Origin: Octopus vulgaris | Taxonomy: Eukaryota | DNA length: 64,000 nucleotides | Reading direction: 5' to 3' | NCBI GenBank assembly: GCA_951406725.2 | Contig: OX597815.1 | Location: forward strand, 32,984,001-33,048,000 | In this document: piece by piece, positions 51,291 to 64,000 of the stretch | Numbering within the stretch: the first letter of the stretch is position 1 | Layout of the letters: each line of letters begins with the position of its first letter | Made by a program: the position numbers and the translations under genes | Notes under the pieces: generated by a model | Told to the model about the DNA's origin: nothing | What the model saw: only the letters and a program-made list of their open reading frames with translations | The model's database searches: none

Positions 51291-53034
51291 GGTATGCAAT
51301 AAAAGCAAATAACCATACCATCGTTTTTTTTTTTTTTATCACTTTTTTTTCTGCAAAAACATGTTGGTTTTTTTTTTTTTTTTTTTTTTAAAGATGGCAG
51401 TAATTTTTCTCGGCAGCGAAAACGTATTCTTAAAGCGGCAAGCTGGCAGAATCGTTGGCACGCTGGGCAAAATGTTTAGCAGCATTTCTTCGTTCTTATG
51501 TTCTGAGTTCAAATTCCGCTAAGGTCGACTTTGCCTTTCGTCCTTTCGAGGTCGATGAAATAAGTACCAGTTGATCACAGGGGTCGATATAATCGACTAG
51601 CTTCCTCTTCCAATCCCTAAATACTATAGGCACAAGGCTTGAAATTTAGGAGATGGGGACTAATCGATTACATCGACCCAGTGCTCAACTGGTACTTGTT
51701 TCATCGACCCCGAAAGGATGAAAGACAAAGTCGACCTCGGCGGAATTTGAACACAGAACGTAGCGACGGGTGAATTACCGTTAAGTATTTCGTCTGGCGT
51801 GCCAGTTCGCCGCCTTCGAAACATTTCTACTTAAAGATACAATGCCTGAAATTTTGTGGGAGGAGACTATTCAATTACATCGACCCCAGTGTTTTACTGG
51901 TACTTAATTTGACCTTTAAAGGATGAATGGTATTGTCGACCTCGGCTGAATTTGAAATCTGGACGGAAGTAATTAAAGTTTATCTCGCTGATATTCATAA
52001 GCACTTATTGAAGCCAATTATAGAGAAATTTGTTCTTAGTCTGAAGCAGGCAACCGCTATTGTATCCACCCTCTTTATATTCCCATAATCGAAAGTCATA
52101 TTACAGGAAAGGTTAAGATTAACTTTTAGAGTAACTTCGATGTAAAACACAGCTAATTATAACTATGCGTTAATATATAAGGTAGCGAGCAGTCTGAATC
52201 ATTAGCACGCCGGGCAAAATGCTTAGCAGCATTTCATGTCTTTACTTTCTGAGTTCAAATTCCACCGCAGTCGTCTTTACCTGTCATCCTTCTGGTGTTC
52301 GATAAAATAAATACCAGTCTCCACCCAGAGTCGATACAATCAACTTACCTCTATTCTGAAATTGCTGTTCTTGGGCCAAAATTTGAAACCAATATGAATA
52401 TATGTAGCCGGAAAATCTTCCCTTCGATCACTCTCATAGGGATCGAAGGGGGTGGAGTCTTTTTCGGTCAAACTCTAGAAATTTTGATTCGTAAAAATGT
52501 CAGACACAAAAGAGAATCTCAGCATGTTAAAACCTAAAATTGAACTAGGAATCTATTCGATCTCCCGTCTAAGGCACCTTTAACTGAAGCATTTCGGCTA
52601 TCTGTTAATGACCTCATAACATGTAGAAATATATACATTCATTAAAACGAGAATATATGTATATAATCTATAGAGAAAGAAGATAAACGTTGGTCTATTG
52701 ATTTCCTTTAGCGATACACTATACAGCGCCCCCGAGAATCTACGTAGTGTCCAATAGTTGGATAAAACGTATAAAACCTTTTCAAAAACAAGCTGTGCTG
52801 ACCTGTTTGAGCCATCTCTTTTTTTATCACGCGAGCATCACTTCAGGAGCGAGTTCGTATCCCGTCTCTGCTTAATATCACGTCAGAGTTGGGTGTCATT
52901 AATTTGTAGGAATTCTAAGGGTTCGTTTCATTTTATATAGGTATCATCCGTCTATCTTAGATTATGGAGAACACGTGAAAGGGAAAGATCAACATCTGGA
53001 ATGACTGATGTTCAAACTTCGATTTGTAGCCTTA

Positions 53035-53065
<31 letters not shown>

Positions 53066-53069
53066 TTTT

Positions 53070-53290
53070 GACAATGGCCGGTTCCAGGTACCCGGTGATG
53101 GTTGAAGGACGCCCCACCAAGTGTCACCTGTGCCTGGAATCGGGTCATATCAAGAAAAACTGTCGCCGGGACAAGGCAAAGGTCCTGAATCAGTTAATCG
53201 AAGAGGTGTCCCCTGTTCCCCCAGCAGAAGAAAAAGTTGAGGTGGAGGTAACCTCCTCAAAAAAAGGGGGGGGGAGAAGAGAAAGAAGGG
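53070..53290 (+). mobile_element. L1/Tx1-like ORF1 zinc-knuckle fragment
   Basis: VEGRPTKCHLCLESGHIKKNC (CX2CX4HX4C). Confidence 0.55.
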
Positions 53291-53927
53291 GTACGACAAT
53301 GCTGAATCCATATATTTTAAGAAATGCATAAAGGTTTTAACTTTTTCCATATAATATAGTTTGCCTTGTCTAAAAACTATTGACAAACATAAATTGCAAA
53401 GGTATTCAGTGATTTATCATCTGGGCATAGTTTTTAAATGAGAATCGAAAAGATTTTAATGCTTTGGTACTTGTTTCAATAACACAACCCAACAATTATT
53501 TTGTTCTCAGAACGATTTTTCTTTTTACAGTATTTGAATATTTTGTTTGTTTTGTTTTGAGATGCTGAATCCGAAAATGGAATCCATTCTGTACCATCCC
53601 GTCAAGAGTTCAAGATACCGTCCACAGTTTTCCTCATTTTCAGAAAAATGCTTGTTTACCTGTGAAATACGAATGTTTGATTTATATAGTATCTTATTAA
53701 GAGTCAAGGAAAATATTAGGAGATCAAAGAATGGCGACTGCAAACATATCCAAAGTTTTTTTTTTCAAATGTGGTTAAAGAGCCTTTAGTTCAACCAGGA
53801 AAAAAAATCTACCTCCATTCCATATCAAATTTGACATTATGAAGCAGTTTGTTAAATGTCAAGATAGATGAACCATGTTTTCACTATATCTGCAGCACAT
53901 TTCCCTAAGTATTGAAGGTAAAAATCC

Positions 53928-54505
53928 TTTAAAATGTTTCAGCCCGAAGGCTGCGGCCATGCTGGGGCACCACCGTTGAATGAACTACACTAGTATGTGA
54001 AACCACCTCTGATATGTGGCACTTGGTCAACAAGGGAGTTCGATGCCGCCGCCTGCACCGGTGTCTCCTGCCGAGAGGTAGGTTCATCTGGGACCCCCGA
54101 CAAGAAGAGATCCAATTTAGGTTTAAAGAAACCCCACATCCACACCATGCAAGTCTCTCAGGCATTTAGGGAGGATGTTGAAGAGCTGTGTTCCTCTGAA
54201 ACTAAAGCTGTTGCAGTATCTGGTCCTGTATTTTGATGGTGATGTTGGGTCTTTGGCACCATGCAGTGGCGCCCGTTCTGCGGTTGGGGAAACTTTGAAT
54301 GCCAAATCCTCTAGGATTTTCCAGATGTATATCACTGCATATCTCTCCCGCCTCCGCTCCAGGGAGAAGAGTTTTAATACTTTCACTCTTTCCCAGTAGC
54401 TGATATGTTGCATTGAGACGATCTTCTTAGTGTAGCTTCTTTGAATTGCTTCGAGTTCTGCTGTTAGCTTTATATTGTGTGGTGACCATAGTTGGGAGCA
54501 GTATC
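53928..54505 (-). mobile_element. CR1/L2-group LINE 3' fragment
   Basis: YCSQLWSP...LEAIQRSYTK...YWERVKVLKLFSLERRRERY..IYIWKILE...QLFNILP...PDEP; same family as 13543-13950. Confidence 0.8.
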
Positions 54506-55254
54506 CTACAGATCCACTATGATTTTTTTTTATTGTCTCAATAAATTAATATCTTAACCGATTTTCAGAAAGATCTTTATGAAGGACTTGGATAAATTAA
54601 AATTTATTTCTAAAAGCTCTTCAACACTACCTTTCTTGGTACCGCTCTTATACCAACGGCTTCATATGTTCAATATATTCGACTGAGGAATAACTCTACA
54701 TTCATCTTTAACCTTAAGGCTGTGAGGATGATATAAATGTAGGAGCTATCTCTGCTGTTTCTTAATATTAAGATTTTATAGGAAGCTTTTTCTACTTATC
54801 CTTAGATACTATGTCGATCAAATTTTTATAACTCACTTTACAGCGTATGTGAAACCCTGCTGTTTATTATACTTTAATACCAGTTAAGTTATTTAAGACC
54901 TGTTCTGTAATTAAAGATGCCAAGATGTAACTCAAGTCAACACAAGCTAAGAAAGTAAATCAGTAAAGTCATTGACCTGCAATCAGAATTCCACAAGTTG
55001 TTACTAATAATCAAATTACAGACTAAACAAGTCAAGAGTAGTGAACAGTTTAGGATATGTATATTCATAAATGCGTCTTAACATTTCCACAGGTTTCTCT
55101 ACCTTCGAAATGAAAGACGACTGGGCGCAGCTACTTGGACGCAGATTTAGCGCAGCTGACTGGGCATTCAACCTGTTTAGTGACATTTTGGTGCGCAAAA
55201 AATATTCGCATACACATAAAGAGAGGTGGGAGAGAGAACAAGACTAAATTTATT

Positions 55255-55731
55255 CATTACGCGTGAATAAATACTAACGTAAAAGCGGTGTTATTGTATG
55301 GGGCTGAGACATGGCGAACAACAGTTAAGTCAAATGAGCAAATACAATCATTCATCAACAGTTGCTTGCGTAGTATACTTAAAATTAGATGGCCTGAACA
55401 CATAAGCAATATGGAGCTATGGCAAAGAACAAACCAAGTTTCGATTAGGGAGCAAATATTTAAGAAAAAGTAGAAGTGGATTGGTAGCACAATTAGAAAA
55501 GACACACCAGATGTAGCGAAAAGTGCTTTACAGTGGGATCCGGGTGAATATAGAAAGAGAGGTAGGCTTAAGAACTCGTGGTGTAGATCAACACAAAAGG
55601 AACTAGAGAAAGTGGGGGGGGGGGCATTCATGGCACAATATAAGTACAGAAGCAAAAACTTATGCGACATGGAATTCAATTATAAGTGGCCTATACTCCG
55701 CGTTGGAGGGTTGAAGGCAGAAAAAAAAAAA
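55255..55731 (+). mobile_element. RTE-clade LINE 3' fragment
   Basis: VKAVLLYGAETW...FINSCLRSILKIRW...ISN.EL...WIG...ALQW.P...RKRGR...W; A-rich tail. Confidence 0.85.
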
Positions 55732-57718
55732 CACGCGTTACTGGCACAAACATATCCCTCTCCTTATCCCGAGGAATATAGTCACGCATGTGTGGGTATA
55801 TATTTAATTCAAACGTCATATGTCAAGTGTCTCTTAACTCACAAGTTTGATCACAACTATTAGCTCTATAATAGCTTCCGTAATTAATTTAAACCACTGA
55901 ATTCCTAAAAGTAAATGACCTTTTTCTTTTAAAGTGAAAATATGCAGTAATATCTAAAAGGTTTCTAAACTGGGTTTCAACAATTTAATATAACGCGACT
56001 AAGTTACCAAGTGAAAATTTAGCGCTAACATTGTTCAGTACATTATCTCCACCTGCAGTATAGAAATTCACTTTTAGCTTATTCTACGTCCAGTCTCGTA
56101 TCATTGGCCACATACAACTACAGGTTACCAGTCCAGCCTCAAAACCGCACCAACACCATTTGTTCTCTATATTGCCTTGTAACAATGTTAGAGAATTTCA
56201 GTGGCACATTTTAAAATTTCTGATGATATACTAAGTCATGTATAAATAGTAACTGAACATCCAGTTTTCACTCCCATGAGTTAATTGATATGGTTCACCT
56301 TAAGAATTATAATTCTAAGATTGTTCTTGCTACTGTTTCTACAATATTAAGTTGGGTTTTTTTTGCCCCTTTAAGGGCAATTAACATAATAACCTGGTGA
56401 GGTCTCTTGTCTAAGTGTAATTACTGTAACGTTAAGGATTGAACGTGGTGAAAGGTTCTCGTAAGAACTACCGAGACCAGCTTATTTATTAAGGAGGATA
56501 AAATATCAGGCCTGTGGGAGGGGGGGGGCGATACCTTTTTATCTCTTTTCGAAAGAAATCTACTTCAAATCTGGAAAGCGATAGACTTCACTAGGTCTTA
56601 AAAAGACACTATATAACGTCACACAAACGACTTCAAGTAATTTATTTACTATGGCATTAATATCATTTGTAAAACTGAATAGTTAAAATTTTATGTAGTC
56701 TTTTACCGGTTATAGGACTACGGCTAGTGCATCTCCATGGGTTTATTCGAACATAACGACCCCCAATAATTAGTTTTATACTTATTTTATTAGTACGTAT
56801 TTGTCTCGCTATCATATGGTTTCTGTTCAAATTCCAGTCAATGAAATAACTCAAAACTAGGGAAGAAATCTGCGAAGGGTTCTACGCAATGGAACCGAAA
56901 ATGGTTACGAAGCGATAGAACAGGTACTATACTTGTCATTGGGACTGTGGGTTCAAGTCTAGCCATGTGAACTTTTCTGATATGGTTAAAAAAAAAAAAA
57001 AAAAGGAAAAATGTAATACAGTGTATTAAGCTTTCATAAAAATTTAAGTCATACAGCAGCAGAAGAATACAGATCTTCGATTTCGTTCCATGCGATTTAC
57101 TTTTTGACAAAGTGAAAAATAGATGTAACTCAGGAAGTGTTGATAAATGTATAAAGAATATAGCTTTCAGTGATGTTGTCTAAGATTGCATCCAATACTC
57201 CGTATATAGATGTTTACTGAATTTGAAGAGTTTCTTTAGAAACAAAAGAAATACATGTCACTGCTCTCTATAACAATAATTTAAAAAAAATTACTGGAAT
57301 CTCCTTAGCTTCTAGTTCATAATAACTATGCCATCTTTTCCAGAGAAGTATGTTACTCTTATTCCGAGAGTGGTAGGCTTTTCAAGGAGGTATTGAGAAG
57401 AAATCAAGCACAACATTAAGATAACACGTATAATGCTCTCTGATTGAACCATAATCTACTGTATTCGTCTTGTAAAGAAATTCAATCTGGTAAGCTGTAA
57501 CAGGTGACTAAAAGTCTTTTAGAAATTCAAACTGTCCGTTCTTCAAAACATTGAATAGTCATGGCTCCTCTATCAAATGATTAGAAGATAAATAATACCA
57601 TGATTAAATTCATTTTATGTATAGCATAGTCTTGGAAGTAGCTTCCAAGGCAGCGTATGCGTGCGCAAGTAAAAATATTTAGTGTTCGCTTATGAATTGA
57701 TACTAAAATAAAACCAAC

Positions 57719-60049
57719 TTAACTACCGTAGGCTGTGGCTTTCTCAGTTCGGTCAATAATTCCATACCAGTTTCTCAATTGCCAGTGAGAGAAGTGATAA
57801 GGTATCAGGTCGACGTCTTTAGCATATTCATTTGTTATCTTGTTTATAGGCTGATGATTATCAACTGCAGTTATCATCATAGTCCCGACTGCTGGAAGTG
57901 GCGCAGGGCTGAGAACAGTAATTTGTAAGCGTGCTATATCATAAATAGCAATTTGATATACGTGTGGAGTTCGATGTAGTCCTAGTAACATGAATTTTTT
58001 AAAAAATGAAATATGTGCGGTAGAATAAATTTTTCCGTCAATTCTCCTAACTGGCATGTCATAGAAGGGGGGTAGAGGCAATAACAACTTAACTCTCCTC
58101 CAAAGATTCATTTCATGATACAGTACCAGGGTATCTATGGGGAACTGCGAACGTGTCTTAAAAGACATTTCAAAGTTTTCTTGAACTGTTTCATACACAT
58201 CAAGGATAAAGATTATACGATCTTCTAGGATGATTGATGGGACATTCTCAAGATGTGCTGGTTCACTGAAACGATATCCAAGCTCTTCGCATATCAAAGA
58301 CTTCATATTAATTTTGTATACATAAAATATTTCATTCGGTTCCATGCTAACTTTTATATTGGACTCATTTAAAGCAAATTTTTTCAACTCTCCGGATAAT
58401 TTCATCCTACGTATTGTAGCTGATGCCATAAGATAGACGTACGTACCTGTTGATGTTTTGACTCCAAGTGATACCGACATAACAGAACCTTCATGCCTAT
58501 TTGGACGCAAAGATATTTTACAATTCCACGTATCTTCCTCAAGGTTCCATTCATTAACAATTATTCTAAAACCTTTCTTTTTTCGATGTCGGAGAGCACA
58601 AACTGAATATAACGACCCAGAGCAAGTGAAGACAATTGCTTGCGAATTAGTTAAACATGAAATGTATTCCTCCTCAGCAGCTATCGCCAGAGGAGGTGGC
58701 TGTAAAATTCTCCAATTCATCAATTTTAGATTATATATCAATATTCCAGAACGCTCGTGCCTACAGACAAGCTCGCCATTTAGAAAACCGACTGTATTTT
58801 TTATAGATTTAGGCATATTAGAACTATACCAATTTTCACTATTTGAACAATATAATGCCATTACTTGGTTATCTGACTCTTGAATAATAATACTCCAGTT
58901 TGGATCAGAAGTTTTTCGGATATCTAACGGCTGTTGTTGCAACGCTTCAGATAGCAGATTTTCTTCGAGTAAAGAATCTTGAGTGCATCGGTATTCTATT
59001 GTAAACTTTGATTTAATCATAGACTGCGTCGCCCCAATGTTTAAGGAGCATGTCAACGGATTTACATAATTTATACAACAAGCGCTTTCTCCAAAATACA
59101 CATCTTGAATCGAAAATGTGCGTTTATTACTTGCAGCCTGATCTTCGCAAAAAACCTCATCTGCTTCTTGGCTTTGTGATTCAGCAAACTTTTCAGCAAC
59201 AATTTCTTCACTCGGTTCAAGATCTTTTGAAATGCTGTATAAGTTTTCTTGCATTACGGAACTAATAGAATCATTAACTAGCTTTTTTAAATCTTCGTCA
59301 TAAGGGAACAAAAAGGTTTCAATATCAAGTACTTGTTCTTCATAAAGTGGTCTATTCCAAAGAATTTTTTTTACTATACTTTTCACATTTGGGTAGCGAT
59401 CAGAGGACTCATGAGATAACCAGTTAATCAGAAGTTTCATAAAAACAGCCGAGTTAAAATCGATGGTGAGGTCGCAGTCGATAATAAATTCTATAAATTC
59501 TATAGACAAATATTTTATATATTTACTCCGCAGAACTTGATTACAGAGCGTTTCACGACAAAGAACAAAGCATACAGCCGCAAGTTCATGCAAACTGTGA
59601 CGCCAAGCTAATTCCCAGGTTGGAAATACGAAAATAGGTCGCAGTCGATCGAACAGAAACTGTTCACAATGCTTTCTTAAATATTTGATATCAATATGAC
59701 TGAGGGCATTAAGTAACATAAAAGCAGAACTGTGAGTTAATGTTACCTCTCCATCGTAGATATACTTAACCATAATCTTTAGAATATCAGCATCTTCAAT
59801 TTGCGAAGTCAGATCTAGAGTGTTATCCATTAGTGCTTTATTTTCAAACAGTTTCTTGAAGTATTTACTAATAGATGCCAAGATAATGCGATGTACTGGA
59901 ATAACAGTTTCCTCAACCTTCAAGTAAACATCACAGAGGAAGCCCGCTTTCAATAGCGTAGATAGATACGTAGTATATGGGCTGCTGGTTCTCAAATTCC
60001 TATACCATCTTCTTAACGATGCATTCTCGGGATTATCAGGACAGTCCAT
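57719..60049 (-). CDS. BTB/POZ-BACK protein (kelch-like family, divergent C-terminus), 776 aa, single coding exon; paralog B
   Basis: LCDVYLKV...PVHRIILASISKYFKKLF...VKYIYDGEV BTB; BACK-like region; uninterrupted ORF; acceptor ttattttcAG ending at 60068. Confidence 0.92.
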   Translation of the reverse strand: MDCPDNPENASLRRWYRNLRTSSPYTTYLSTLLKAGFLCDVYLKVEETVIPVHRIILASISKYFKKLFENKALMDNTLDLTSQIEDADILKIMVKYIYDGEVTLTHSSAFMLLNALSHIDIKYLRKHCEQFLFDRLRPIFVFPTWELAWRHSLHELAAVCFVLCRETLCNQVLRSKYIKYLSIEFIEFIIDCDLTIDFNSAVFMKLLINWLSHESSDRYPNVKSIVKKILWNRPLYEEQVLDIETFLFPYDEDLKKLVNDSISSVMQENLYSISKDLEPSEEIVAEKFAESQSQEADEVFCEDQAASNKRTFSIQDVYFGESACCINYVNPLTCSLNIGATQSMIKSKFTIEYRCTQDSLLEENLLSEALQQQPLDIRKTSDPNWSIIIQESDNQVMALYCSNSENWYSSNMPKSIKNTVGFLNGELVCRHERSGILIYNLKLMNWRILQPPPLAIAAEEEYISCLTNSQAIVFTCSGSLYSVCALRHRKKKGFRIIVNEWNLEEDTWNCKISLRPNRHEGSVMSVSLGVKTSTGTYVYLMASATIRRMKLSGELKKFALNESNIKVSMEPNEIFYVYKINMKSLICEELGYRFSEPAHLENVPSIILEDRIIFILDVYETVQENFEMSFKTRSQFPIDTLVLYHEMNLWRRVKLLLPLPPFYDMPVRRIDGKIYSTAHISFFKKFMLLGLHRTPHVYQIAIYDIARLQITVLSPAPLPAVGTMMITAVDNHQPINKITNEYAKDVDLIPYHFSHWQLRNWYGIIDRTEKATAYGS

Positions 60050-60543
60050 ATTTTTAACTGAAGATGTCTGAAAATAAATGCTAAGATAGTTTAATATGCT
60101 TTGCTACAGATGAGGTAAAACACAAAGTTTAGTTTCAGTAAACACAGTATTTTAACATTAAAGAGAAGTTTTTTGGAAGCATTCACATTTGATTAGTTTC
60201 AGTTTGAAAAAAAAGTGTGTGTACAGAGGGTTATATGCTAGTTATCTACGGAAAAATTGATTAAAGAATGATCACAATCTCCACAGTATTAGGAAACAAG
60301 AATATGCTTTATCGTCCACAAGGTAAAGGAAAAAAAAGTAATTGAAGTGATTTCTATAACAGACAGATATATCAGGATATACATCGACGGGTTAAAAAAT
60401 GACGTTCATGGTTACATTGTTATATTGATTTAGAAAATTCCCTCGAAGTTCAGAAATTTTTTCCATGTTGATTTAATGTCAGAAAAAGAAATATTACACA
60501 CAAAAATCATTTTCTGTAAGCATAAAAATAGATATAAACTCAC

Positions 60544-60640
60544 CCTTGATTGAATTAGTGTTACCGCAGCTACAATATTAAAACGAATTCTGATTTCGTG
60601 TCCTCTAAGTCGTAATATACTTTCGTAACGTAACGCCGCT
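60544..60640 (-). other. Candidate 5' non-coding exon of BTB gene B (5' boundary uncertain)
   Basis: AGG|GTGAGT donor at 60543-60538, giving a 476-bp intron 60068-60543. Confidence 0.45.
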
Positions 60641-60889
60641 GAATAGAACCAATTTAAATAAATAAGTATATTGTGATTGGTTACTTTTTTAATGGTTCAT
60701 CTTAATATATTGCGATTTATTAATATGCTAAGATCAAAAGTTCGTTTTCTACATATTCCTTCGCTTACTTTATGATTTTTTTTTGATCAGATACAAATCC
60801 AATTTCTAAAAGAGAGAGAAAACAGTCGACTAAGTCTCTATAATAAACTGATTTCATTTATTACTACATATTTATAGGCATTTCCTATA

Positions 60890-61265
60890 AGGTGCATTGT
60901 CTCAGTGGTTAGGACAGCGGACTCGCGGTCATAGGATCGCAGTTTCGGTTCTCAGACCGGGCGTTGTGAGTGTTTATTGAGCGAAAACACCTAAAGCTCC
61001 ACGAGGCTCCAGCAGAGGGTGATAGCGAACCCCGCTGTACTCTTTCACCACAACCTTCACTGTTTCTTCCTGTTTCTGTTGCACCTGTATTTCAAAGGAC
61101 CAGCCTTGTCACACTCTGTGTCACGCTGAATCTCCCCGAGAACTACGTTAAAGGTACACGTGTCTGCGGAGTGCTCAGTCACTTACACGTTAATTTCACG
61201 AGCAGGCTGTTACGTTGATCGGATCAACTGGAACCCTCGTCGTCGTAACCGACGGAGTGCCACGA
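60890..61265 (+). mobile_element. tRNA-derived SINE family C, alternative 3' half
   Basis: Same head as 32021-32319 but a different tail ending gtcgtaaccgacggagtgccac. Confidence 0.7.
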
Positions 61266-61980
61266 CATATTTATAACGAAAGGGTATAAGTCGATTAAAT
61301 CGATTGTTAATACATTACTATTATTTATTTTGTTTATCCAATCCAGAGAGGTTTACACGTATCGGAACATAACTAAATACTATAAGGTCCAGTTTCAGTG
61401 ATTTTGGCAACTACCATCTTTAACCCAATTTTTATGAAACAAGTATTTTGTTAATCGACTTTTTGAGGGATTAACCACAAACTAAATCCGTTATTTGAGT
61501 CCAGAGTCGGATGTGAATGAATATTGTAAGAAGTTCTGAAATGTCTTTAACTCATTGCCTCAGACTTTTTACTTTGTTTCTATAATGGAATTTCTCCAGG
61601 CCTTTTAACTGAAAATATAGTGAACAAGCTTCAAACCGTATTGTATATTGATTTCTCTTGACTTGACACAAATCCAATTTTGTATAAGCGTTGTGTAGAG
61701 TGGCCTCAATCTATTTAGTATATATCTGCTGCTTAGTTTATCTATTTCAAATTGATGAAAAGCAAATTTTATTCTGAAGTAATTTATTCATTTACTATAA
61801 AGTGTTTCCTTCGACGCTATTTGAAATACATCAAACCACCTGCTCTTTATATTACGAAACTATATGTGTGCAAAAGACAGATGGACTGCTAAATGTCATG
61901 AAAGAATTTGGATAATTATTGTTGTATTTCCAGTGGAAAATGGATGTAAAGTGATATGATCATTGGATATATATAAATTA

Positions 61981-62029
<49 letters not shown>

Positions 62030-62140
62030 CGTATACAAACATATATGGATAGATTTCCGTAGGTTTCGACAATGAAAATTTAGTTATGTTTTCTGATCAA
62101 CTAATTACCTGTTTATCCAATTAGAGAGTAAGGAGATGTA

Positions 62141-63416
62141 TTGGGTTGTCCGGAAAGTTCGTGCCGATTTATAGTAGCTTACATTTCAACTTATTTTAGA
62201 ATATGGTTGAGTCCATAAAATAGGATTTGACTACACCTCCATTTAGAGCACAGTTTAAGCTATCTTTTCGTGGAAGAAGGTTTATGTTCCTATAACCTGT
62301 GTTAATTCTGTAACCCTTTAAAATGGAAAATACGAATGTTCATTATTGGCACTTGATGCTTTTTTTTTTCCGTAAAGGAAAAAATGCCCCACAAGCAACC
62401 AAAGAAATATGCGCAGTTTATGGTGATGTTTCGTTATCCGAAAGAACTCTACAGAAGTGGTTCGCAAGGTTCCGACCTGGAGATTGTAGCCTTATTGATA
62501 AAGAGCGATCAGGAAGACCATCCACTTCAGATGATGAACAAATCAAGTCATTAACTGAGAATAACCCACATTGCACAACCCGAGAATTGGCAGAAAGCCT
62601 CAACCTATCAAAATCCGTCGTTCATGAACACCTGGTAAAGCTTGAGTACACAATTCGCTTCGATGTTTGGGTACCTCATGAGTTGAGTGAGAAGACCCTT
62701 TTGGATCACATTTCCATCTGTGATTCGCTTTATAAGCGGAATGAAAACGCGCCTTTTTTTTAAAGCAAATTGTGACAAGGGATGAAAAATGGATTATCTC
62801 CCGAAATGTTCAGAGAAAGCGATCCTGGAGTAAGCGACATGAGCCACCCCAAAAGCGGGTCTTCACCGTAAAAAAGTCTTGCTTTGTGTCTGGTGGGATT
62901 GGAAAGGAATTCTGTACTATGAGCTTCTTCCAAGTAACCAGACAATTAATTCTGAGAAATACTGCACACAACTGGACGAGTTAAAAGCAGCAATTCAAGA
63001 GAAACGTCCAGAATTGGCCAACAGGAAGGGTATTGTTTTCCAACATGATAATGCAAAACCGCAGGTTTCTTTGGGAACCAGACAAAAATTGCTGCAGATC
63101 GGCTGGGATGTGTTTCCCCACCCTCCATATTCACCAGGCATTGCTCCTTCGGATTTCCACTTATTCAGGTCTCTGCAGAATAGTCTTAATGGTAAAAAAT
63201 TTCAATTCCTTGGATGATGTAAAAAGATACCTTGATGAATTCTTTGCCATGAAACCACCTCAATTCTGGGAGAGGATATTTTCAAGTTAAAGGAAAGATG
63301 GAGATGCATTGTGCAACAAAGTGGTTCACATTTGGTTGATTAAAAATGTAATGGCAAGTATTTATTGACCTTTTTCTTTCCTTTAAAAATCGACACGAAC
63401 TTTCTGGACAACCCAA
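62141..63416 (+). mobile_element. Full-length defective mariner transposon
   Basis: 30-bp TIRs ttgggttgtccggaaagttcgtgccgattt (2 mismatches); TA at 62139-62140 and 63417-63418; transposase 62323-63343 (WVPHEL, VTRDEKWI, CVWWDWKG, QHDNAKP, HPPYSP.IAPSDFHLF) broken by frameshifts. Confidence 0.95.
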
Positions 63417-64000
63417 TATATTCAAGATAGACGTGCACTCTTAACACACTTCTAAGCTAGGATCAGCGCGATACATTGTGTAACAATGATATACTTTTGA
63501 ATTACTTGTTCAATCTCTCCGACGTGTTTTTGTATAGTTTCTGCCTACCAAAATACACTCGTAAGATATGGACCGATCTAAAGCCATAGAAAATAGCATT
63601 TGAATCAAAATACGACGCAGTGGGATCAAACCCGGTACCACATTGCCGCAAAACAAACTTCGTAACCATTTAGTCATACATTTATTGAGACAAGTATTGT
63701 TGTTATTGTGATATTTACGTTGCTGTTTGTGCGTTCTCTTATTGGCTTGTTGTTTGGTGTAATTTTATGCGCTCCGGCATTTCAGTGTTATCTCCGACTG
63801 CAGTTCTATTAGGCCGAGTAAAAAGTAAGCAACCTTTTCAAACATGAAATTCATCACGATATATTTCAACAATGCAGAAATTTTATTCATCAATGTAAGT
63901 ACCATTACAATCAACACACTTTTGCTAACGTGTTACATGTTTGTTTATTCGATAACAGAAAAGTCTGGAGCTCTTGAGCTGATGAACTCTTTGAACACAC

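Noticed and set aside
47760-59265. Antisense and alternate-frame ORFs overlapping the BTB genes (e.g. 48348-48845, 58458-58883)
   Set aside because: Shadow ORFs of the real coding strand
62323-63343. Mariner ORF as a domesticated SETMAR-like gene
   Set aside because: Frameshifted, bounded by TIRs and TA duplication, no SET domain exon

Overview
AT-rich, repeat-dense eukaryotic DNA that looks like an octopus (cephalopod) genome, judged from tRNA-derived SINE families, abundant microsatellites and the mix of mariner, Penelope, R4/Dong, Tx1, CR1-group, RTE, hAT and Helitron remnants. The clear host genes are two convergently oriented paralogs (47128-49464 +, 57719-60049 -), each with one coding exon. 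They encode BTB-BACK proteins whose conserved C-terminal domain lacks canonical Kelch repeats. One intact tRNA-Ser(AGA) gene lies at 37156-37237 (-). A candidate spliced minus-strand gene (exons 25018-25131, 21765-21838, then from 21623) splices in frame into the CCCH zinc fingers of a LINE ORF1. That ORF is followed by an uninterrupted, RT-less APE endonuclease ORF fused to a hAT remnant. Several minimal hammerhead ribozyme motifs sit in Penelope-like terminal repeats, and several long inverted repeats could form dsRNA. Most ORFs in the supplied track are microsatellite or repeat artefacts. All calls are by eye; repeat boundaries are approximate unless TIRs or TSDs are quoted.
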